This document shows positions 58,714 through 64,000 of a DNA stretch of 64,000 bases, one piece after another. Each line of letters begins with the position of its first letter. Position 1 is the first letter of the stretch. The stretch is from Candidatus Saccharimonadota bacterium. GTDB lineage: Bacteria > Patescibacteriota > Saccharimonadia > Saccharimonadales > JAXHMH01. Under the pieces are notes generated by a model. That model did no database searches and was not told the origin of the DNA. It saw only the letters and a list, made by a program, of their open reading frames with translations. Where the stretch lies: the NCBI GenBank assembly GCA_034521515.1, contig JAXHMH010000002.1, forward strand, positions 344,379-408,378. The letters run 5' to 3'. The position numbers and the translations under genes are program-made.

Positions 58714-60069
58714 TTACCTGCCGACACCGATATATTTAAGAGACGCGCCACTAATCGCCCTGGTATCAAATGAGTTTACGGCGTCTACAAATAACTTGCC
58801 CTTCATGTTTTTGGCTAGTTTCGTCAGGTCATATTCTATAAATTCTGGCCAGCCAGTAGCGATAAACACGGCATCTACTTGCTTAACGCACTCTTCTGCT
58901 GAGCTACAAATCGTAATTCCTTTGCGCAGGTCGTCTTTGGCTTCTTGGTTTGCCTGAGGATCGTAGGCTCTTACATCTGCGCCATTTTTGCTGAGGATAT
59001 TGGCCAATTTAACGCCAGGGGATTTACGAGCGTCACTGGTACCGGGCTTGAAAGCCAGGCCAAGTACCGCAACTTTTTTAGCTTTAAGCGAGCCGCCAAG
59101 GGCTTCTTGCGCCTTGTTGGCGATATAGCCGGGCATGGTTTCATTAAGGTCGGCAGCTGCAGTCATGATGCCTAGATCTACGCCATAATCAGTGGCGCTG
59201 CTAATAAGCCCGGACACGTCTTTAGGGAAACATCCGCCGCCATAGCCACGCCCAGCACTCAAAAACGCTCGACCAATCCGTTTGTCGGCACCAACTGCAT
59301 CCATTACTTCGTTAACATCCGCTCCGGTTTCATCGGCCAGTTTGGCGATAGAGTTAGCAAAAGATATTTTAAGTGCCAAAAATGCGTTGGAGGTAACCTT
59401 AATGAGCTCCGCACTGTTTCGGTTGGTGCCGATGTAGTGACCATCGTGGTCAACTGGGCCGGTTAGCCCGGCGCGGTTAGCTATGGTGTCGCGGTGCTTT
59501 TCTATTGTGCGGTATAGATCCATGGCGGATTCAACCGCTTTGGCGTCCTCGCCGCCAACCACAATCCGGTCAAACCACAGAGTGTCTGAGATTGCCGTGC
59601 CTTCGCGCAAAAACTCCGGGTTTGACAGGTAGGTTATGCGTTTGCCAAGCTCTTTAAATAACTTTTCTACCTGTTGGCCGGTGCCGACGGGCACGGTGCT
59701 TTTCTGGATGTAAATCGTACCGGGCTGCATGTGTTTGGCGGCTTCTTCGGCGGCACTAAATACGTAGCTGAGATTAGAGCTGCCATCCGGATTGTCTGGC
59801 GTGCCAACACAAGAGAAAACGTAGCCGCTAGAAGGAATCGCCTTTGCATAAGAATCGGTCGGTATTAGCTTGCCGCTATCTACTGCGTGCTTGACGAGCG
59901 GATCTATACCAGCCTCATAAAAGAATGAGCGGCCTTTGCGGATAGCATCAAGCCGCTCTTGATTAATGTCCAGGGCGTACACCGTATAGCCAGCTTCTGC
60001 TAGTAGAGTTGCAGTAGTTAGTCCAACGTAGCCTGTCCCAATAACTGTAATAGTTTCAGCTTTTGCCAT
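58714..60069 (-). CDS. ugd: UDP-glucose/GDP-mannose 6-dehydrogenase family protein
   Basis: ITVIGTGYVGLTTATLLAEAG (Rossmann fold) and the catalytic GGGCFPKD. Substrate (UDP-Glc vs GDP-Man) was not resolved. Confidence 0.8.
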   Translation of the reverse strand: MAKAETITVIGTGYVGLTTATLLAEAGYTVYALDINQERLDAIRKGRSFFYEAGIDPLVKHAVDSGKLIPTDSYAKAIPSSGYVFSCVGTPDNPDGSSNLSYVFSAAEEAAKHMQPGTIYIQKSTVPVGTGQQVEKLFKELGKRITYLSNPEFLREGTAISDTLWFDRIVVGGEDAKAVESAMDLYRTIEKHRDTIANRAGLTGPVDHDGHYIGTNRNSAELIKVTSNAFLALKISFANSIAKLADETGADVNEVMDAVGADKRIGRAFLSAGRGYGGGCFPKDVSGLISSATDYGVDLGIMTAAADLNETMPGYIANKAQEALGGSLKAKKVAVLGLAFKPGTSDARKSPGVKLANILSKNGADVRAYDPQANQEAKDDLRKGITICSSAEECVKQVDAVFIATGWPEFIEYDLTKLAKNMKGKLFVDAVNSFDTRAISGASLKYIGVGR

Positions 60070-60140
60070 ATCTATACATACATCTTAATGCAGCGGGGCA
60101 CGAATATACAGTGTACTTTTTACAGTCGATGGCGAGGTAG

Positions 60141-60386
60141 CTATAAGCCTTTGTAAGTTTTATCGTTTCTGCGGTCTATGCGAATAATATGCATTTTTGA
60201 GGCCGATTTGCGGTAAACAATACGTAGACGCCCTTTACGGACACGGAATAAATCAGAGTGCCCTCTGAGCTGTTTTATATCTAGACCTTCTGTATCGTCT
60301 AGCTTTAAGCGCAAGATAAGTAATTTGATAAGCTCGCGTTCTTTAGGGGACAGTTTGGCGAGGAGTTTTGTTATTTTGTCGACCAT
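60141..60386 (-). CDS. Type II toxin, RelE/ParE-like
   Basis: LRGHSDLFRVRKGRLRIVYRKSASKMHIIRIDRRNDKTY. It lies downstream of a Phd-type antitoxin gene. Confidence 0.6.
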   Translation of the reverse strand: MVDKITKLLAKLSPKERELIKLLILRLKLDDTEGLDIKQLRGHSDLFRVRKGRLRIVYRKSASKMHIIRIDRRNDKTYKGL

Positions 60387-60398
60387 GAAGATTAAGCC

Positions 60399-60629
60399 CT
60401 AAAGTTTGGCTAGTATTTCGTCTGCTGGAACGCCGTCAGGGTTGAGTTGTGTAAAATCGGCAATAGTTTGCCAATCTCCCTCGTCGCCCACCGGGTTAAT
60501 CTGAAATATCGGCTTAGATCGTTTAACTACCGTGAAGCTCTGGCCTTGGGCAATAGCCTCGATATATTTTGGGAACTGTTCCCGCAATTCTTTGAGGCTA
60601 ACTGTGTTGTTGGGTGTCATCTTACTCAT
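60399..60629 (-). CDS. Type II antitoxin, Phd/YefM family
   Basis: VSLKELREQFPKYIEAIAQGQSFTVVKRSKPIFQINP. Confidence 0.7.
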   Translation of the reverse strand: MSKMTPNNTVSLKELREQFPKYIEAIAQGQSFTVVKRSKPIFQINPVGDEGDWQTIADFTQLNPDGVPADEILAKL

Positions 60630-60636
60630 GCCACGA

Positions 60637-60665
60637 AGTTTAACTTAACGTTAACCTGTAGTCAA
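60637..60665 (-). promoter_or_regulatory. Promoter/operator of the Phd/RelE operon, leaderless configuration
   Basis: On the minus strand: TTGACT (60665-60660), 17 nt, TAAACT (60642-60637), then ATG 7 nt downstream. A palindrome TTAACGTTAA (60645-60654) lies in the spacer. The hexamers are the same as in the Phd promoter at 5519. Confidence 0.6.
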
Positions 60666-60752
60666 TGCCACGGATATTAACAGACATACGCGCGGGGTTT
60701 GGCTTAGGCTGGAGTATAGGTATTACTCGCTAGCTTTGCTATGATATAAATC

Positions 60753-61802
60753 ATGATTACTGTCATCATCGCGGGAGGGAGTGGAACGAGGCTGTGGCCG
60801 CTATCTACGCCGGATTATCCAAAACACCTGCTGAATGTTAATAGCGATGATAAATCTCTTTTGCAGCATACCTACGAGCGTGCCAAAACAATTAGTAACA
60901 AAGTATATGTGATTACAGAGGCTGGGCACGCCCACCATATCAAAGACCAGCTACCGGAGCTTGATGATGACGCCTTTGTGATTGAACCTGCACGGCGCGG
61001 CACAGCCAACTGCTACTTAGCGGCTATTAACCATGTAAAAAAACGCCATGATGAAAACGAGGCAATTGCTATGCTTTCTGCCGATCACTTTATACGTGAC
61101 ACGGTTGGGTTTGCGCATAGTTTTAAGGTTGCTTCAGATGTTTCTGAAAAAGAAGGCCGGATTGTACTGGTCGGAGTGGAGCCTGATCACCCGGCAACTG
61201 GGTTTGGCTATATCCAGAAGGACGGCATATTTGACGAAGACAGTCTGGTTTATAGTGTGCACTCATTTAAGGAAAAGCCAGACTATAACACGGCTCTTAA
61301 ATTCATGAAGAGTGGTAAGTACCTATGGAACTGTGGGTATTTTGTCGGCTCCGTTAAAACGTTCAGCAATAAAATAAAGGCAGCCTCTCCAGTTTTGCAG
61401 AGTAATTTAACCAAACTCAAGTCAGCCAAAGATCGCGCCGAATTTGAAAAGATATATCTAGATTTTGATAATGATGCCATAGAGTTCGCATTAATGGAAA
61501 AACTAGACGATTTACTTGTGGTGCCGGCTACTTTTGACTGGATGGATGTAGGTTCGTTTACTGATTTACATAAAGCAGTCGGAGCCGACAAACAAGGCAA
61601 TTATGTGGGCAGCGGCTCGGTAGAGTTAGAAGGCGTAGAAAACTCATATATCGAGAACCATGAAGAAAAGCCAGTGGCAGTTATTGGTTTGGACAATATA
61701 GTGGTGGTTAACACCAAGAGCGGTGTGTTGGTTGCTCGCAAAGACCTCGGCCAAAAAGTCGGCGAAGTAGCCAAAAGAATCGCCAAGAAAGATTCCGATT
61801 GA
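60753..61802 (+). CDS. manC: Mannose-1-phosphate guanylyltransferase
   Basis: MITVIIAGGSGTRLWPLS is the NTP-transferase signature. 349 aa, without the C-terminal cupin, which is encoded separately at 62679. Confidence 0.8.
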   Translation: MITVIIAGGSGTRLWPLSTPDYPKHLLNVNSDDKSLLQHTYERAKTISNKVYVITEAGHAHHIKDQLPELDDDAFVIEPARRGTANCYLAAINHVKKRHDENEAIAMLSADHFIRDTVGFAHSFKVASDVSEKEGRIVLVGVEPDHPATGFGYIQKDGIFDEDSLVYSVHSFKEKPDYNTALKFMKSGKYLWNCGYFVGSVKTFSNKIKAASPVLQSNLTKLKSAKDRAEFEKIYLDFDNDAIEFALMEKLDDLLVVPATFDWMDVGSFTDLHKAVGADKQGNYVGSGSVELEGVENSYIENHEEKPVAVIGLDNIVVVNTKSGVLVARKDLGQKVGEVAKRIAKKDSD

Positions 61803-61926
61803 AGTATAAAAAAAGCCAGCATCGGCGGTCGGTCGAAACCTTAGGCCTATCTGGCAATGGTGATAAAAGGATTATAACGAAAAAGAGTAAAAAAAGCAGC
61901 ACTAAGCGAAAGGGAGAATCAAGCAA

Positions 61927-62682
61927 ATGAAGAAAGTTATCGCGTTTGATCTGGACGATACGTTAGCAGTCACAAAATCACCAATTACTGACCGAATGGC
62001 GGAGCTGCTGGGCGAATTATTAGAAACGCATCAGGTTTGTGTGATTTCTGGGGGCAACTTCGAACAATTTAAAAAACAAGTGGTAGACAACTTGCCAATT
62101 GAGCACCACTTGTTACTTAACATGCACCTTATGCCGACATGTGGCACACGGTATTATCGGTTTAACGACATCAAGCAAGAATGGGTCTGTGTCTATGCTG
62201 AGGATATACCGGAAACCGACAAGAAGCGGATAATTGACGCGTTATTTTATGCAGCAGAAGAAACCGGCTATCTAGAGAAGGAACCGTACGGGGAGATTAT
62301 AGAAGATCGCCAAAGCCAAATAACCTTTTCTGCCTGTGGCCAGCAAGCTCCACCAAAAGTGAAATATGCCTGGGATCCTGACATGAAAAAACGGATGAAG
62401 ATACGTGAAAAAATTGCACCGGTGCTGACGGACTACGAGGTCCGGATTGGCGGCACGACTTCAATTGACGTCACCAAACCTGGCATTGATAAAGCTTATG
62501 GCATGGAAAAACTTATGAATGTACTAGAAGTGGGCAAAGAAGAAATATTATTTGTGGGCGACAAATTAGAAGAGGGTGGAAACGATTATCCAGTTAAAAC
62601 TATCGGCATAGAGACTATTGCGGTTGAAGACTGGGAAGATACAGCGTTGGTAGTTGAAACAATAATCAAAAGTACGCGATGA
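61927..62682 (+). CDS. HAD-IIB family hydrolase, probable eukaryotic-type phosphomannomutase
   Basis: VIAFDLDDTLA (DxDxT) and VISGGNFEQFKKQV, with C-terminal FVGDKLEEGGNDYP. It sits between manC and the PMI cupin. Confidence 0.55.
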   Translation: MKKVIAFDLDDTLAVTKSPITDRMAELLGELLETHQVCVISGGNFEQFKKQVVDNLPIEHHLLLNMHLMPTCGTRYYRFNDIKQEWVCVYAEDIPETDKKRIIDALFYAAEETGYLEKEPYGEIIEDRQSQITFSACGQQAPPKVKYAWDPDMKKRMKIREKIAPVLTDYEVRIGGTTSIDVTKPGIDKAYGMEKLMNVLEVGKEEILFVGDKLEEGGNDYPVKTIGIETIAVEDWEDTALVVETIIKSTR

Positions 62683-63182
62683 TGTCCAAAGAAGAACTAA
62701 AGCAAGTAAAAACTGAGCTTATTGAAGCGAAGGGCTACCGCATTGCCGATGTAGATGAGGAAAAGCCGTGGGGGGCGTATTTTCGGCTGGCTGATGATTG
62801 TGCAGAGCAGTTTGTGGAAGAATATTTTCCAGGCAGAACCGTAGAGGAGCTAGGGCAAGGCGGCAGTTTAAGCCCCAAGTTTTTGGTGTTTGAACCGGGT
62901 AAAAAACTGAGCCTGCAGTATCACCATAGACGGGCTGAAATATGGCGGGTTATCTCTGGTACATTAACCGCAGCTATCTCTGATACCGACCAAGAGGGTG
63001 AGTGGAAAGAATATACTGCCGGCGAAGAATTATCCTACGGAGCTGGTGTGCGTCACCGCGCCGGAGCACCAGAAGGGGGTGAATGGGTGGTTGTAGCCGA
63101 AATCTGGCAACACACTGACCCAGACAACCCAACCGACGAATCAGATATAGTCCGCCTAGCCGATGACTTCGGCCGCGCATAA
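62679..63182 (+). CDS. Cupin, type II phosphomannose isomerase C-terminal-domain-like
   Basis: EKPWGAYFRL, and PGKKLSLQYHHRRAEIWRVISG (cupin motif 1). Confidence 0.6.
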   Translation: MMSKEELKQVKTELIEAKGYRIADVDEEKPWGAYFRLADDCAEQFVEEYFPGRTVEELGQGGSLSPKFLVFEPGKKLSLQYHHRRAEIWRVISGTLTAAISDTDQEGEWKEYTAGEELSYGAGVRHRAGAPEGGEWVVVAEIWQHTDPDNPTDESDIVRLADDFGRA

Positions 63183-63201
63183 GTTTAGCCAGACATTCAT
63201 T

Positions 63202-63250
63202 GAATAGTTGATAGATAATAATTGCTATTTGAGACAGGAAGTTGTTACAA
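63202..63250. repeat. Short heptad tract (gaatagt tgataga taataat tgctatt tgagaca ggaagtt gttacaa)
   Basis: About seven degenerate 7-nt units of the same families (gata, gagac, ggaagtt) lie immediately upstream of the VapBC promoter. Confidence 0.5.
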
Positions 63251-63278
63251 AGAACGTCCTTGTACAGTGGGGTTTAGA

Positions 63279-63317
63279 TTGACAAAATGCAGGCATGCAT
63301 GCTATCATGCCTGCATG
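63279..63317 (+). promoter_or_regulatory. Promoter/operator of the VapBC operon, leaderless configuration
   Basis: TTGACA (63279-63284), 18 nt, TATCAT (63303-63308), then ATG at 63315, 6 nt after the -10. A 10-bp inverted repeat, TGCAGGCATG (63288-63297) and CATGCCTGCA (63306-63315), spans the spacer, the -10 and the start. Confidence 0.6.
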
Positions 63318-63587
63318 AATACAAAGCAATACACTGTCCGAAATATCCCAAGTAAAGTTGACAGATATCTACGCAAGCGTGCACAGCTAAGTGGCAAGAG
63401 CTTAAACCAGGTTGTGATTGATGAACTGTCCGAACGCGCTGGCATGCCTTCAGAAAGTTTGGCGGATTCACTGGACTGGTTTATTGGCAGTGGCACAATC
63501 GAAGATGCCTCCATACAGGCCATTGAAGATAAGGACGCTCACCAAAAGCAAACTCTACGCAAACAGTGGGATAGCGAGGGTAAGTAA
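63315..63587 (+). CDS. vapB: Type II antitoxin, RHH (VapB/FitA-like)
   Basis: MNTKQYTVRNIPSKVDRYLRKRAQLSGKSLNQVVIDEL is RHH. The track start at 63222 is upstream of the promoter. Confidence 0.7.
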   Translation: MNTKQYTVRNIPSKVDRYLRKRAQLSGKSLNQVVIDELSERAGMPSESLADSLDWFIGSGTIEDASIQAIEDKDAHQKQTLRKQWDSEGK

Positions 63588-63588
63588 C

Positions 63589-63981
63589 ATGCTGATTGAC
63601 ACAAACGTATATAGCGCGCTGAACAAAGGTCACCAGGCGGCTGCCAGGCTTATAGGTGCACAGCAGTCAATATATGTGCCAGTGGTGGTTGTCGGGGAGC
63701 TACGGTACGGCTTTGCGTACGGGACTAAGCAGGTTGAAAACGAGGAGCAGCTGAACCGGTTTATTGCGAGTACAGCGGTTGAGTTATTGTATATTTCGCA
63801 CAAAACCACCGAGTTATATGCCGAGCTGGCTGCTTATTGCCGAAGGTCTGGCAGGGTATTGTCAGACAATGACCTATGGATTGCAGCGTTAGCTCAAGAG
63901 CACGGCCTAAGCCTTGCGACTTATGACAAAGATTTTGAAGTGCTAAGAAGCGAGTTTGGCTCTCGTCTTAAGATACTCTAG
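63589..63981 (+). CDS. vapC: Type II toxin, PIN-domain VapC
   Basis: MLIDTNVYSAL (first Asp), VVVGELRYG (Glu), LSDNDLWIAALA (Asp) and ATYDKDF (Asp). ATG 63589 lies 1 nt after the antitoxin stop. Confidence 0.8.
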   Translation: MLIDTNVYSALNKGHQAAARLIGAQQSIYVPVVVVGELRYGFAYGTKQVENEEQLNRFIASTAVELLYISHKTTELYAELAAYCRRSGRVLSDNDLWIAALAQEHGLSLATYDKDFEVLRSEFGSRLKIL

Positions 63982-64000
63982 CTAAGAACTGGTAAGTTCC

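Noticed and set aside
60666-60752. Possible heptad tract upstream of the Phd/RelE cassette (ggcttag gctggag tataggt ...)
   Set aside because: Only a few units resemble the families and the register is not convincingly maintained. It is too weak to report as a feature.
63222-63588. Upstream extensions of ORFs 63222..63587 and 63418..63981
   Set aside because: The promoter and inverted repeat at 63279-63315 lie inside the first extension. PIN homology of the second ORF begins at ATG 63589, right after the antitoxin stop, so the shorter genes were called.

Overview
This 64-kb chromosomal window spans a replication origin. rpmH, a DnaA-box cluster and dnaA-dnaN-recF lie on the minus strand; rnpA-yidC-jag lie on the plus strand.

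Gene content suggests a reduced-genome monoderm, possibly a Patescibacteria/Saccharibacteria-like organism. That assignment is inference only.

- **1-15.7 kb:** a Gram-positive-style type IV secretion-like locus. It has two tandem VirB2-like pilin paralogs, a VirB6-like polytopic protein, a PrgI/VirB3-like protein, a VirB4 ATPase apparently split into two coupled ORFs, and M15 plus CHAP wall hydrolases.
- **22.7-28.7 kb:** a small accessory block with a PaaX-like regulator, an 891-aa secreted SGNH hydrolase and a Fic protein.
- **28.8-63.2 kb:** a large surface-glycan locus. It encodes the GDP-mannose to GDP-6-deoxyhexose pathway, a Wzm/Wzt ABC exporter, five GT4/GT2 transferases, a GT-C-like protein, an O-antigen-ligase-like protein, a pyruvyl transferase and an FkbM methyltransferase.
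- **Sulfation module inside the glycan locus:** an SLC13 permease, an ATP-sulfurylase/APS-kinase fusion, CysQ and two sulfotransferases. A secreted bulb-lectin protein also sits in the locus.
- **Accessory genes:** seven type II toxin-antitoxin operons and three four-helix-bundle (23S-IVS family) genes, one of them truncated, are interspersed. One sits between dnaN and recF.

The most unusual signal is a family of phase-locked, degenerate 7-bp (heptad) tandem tracts. They form the junctions of these accessory cassettes, follow dnaA, and occur once in inverted, in-frame form inside a coding sequence. All TA operons have near-consensus promoters positioned for leaderless translation. No rRNA, tRNA, CRISPR array, integrase or transposase was recognised.
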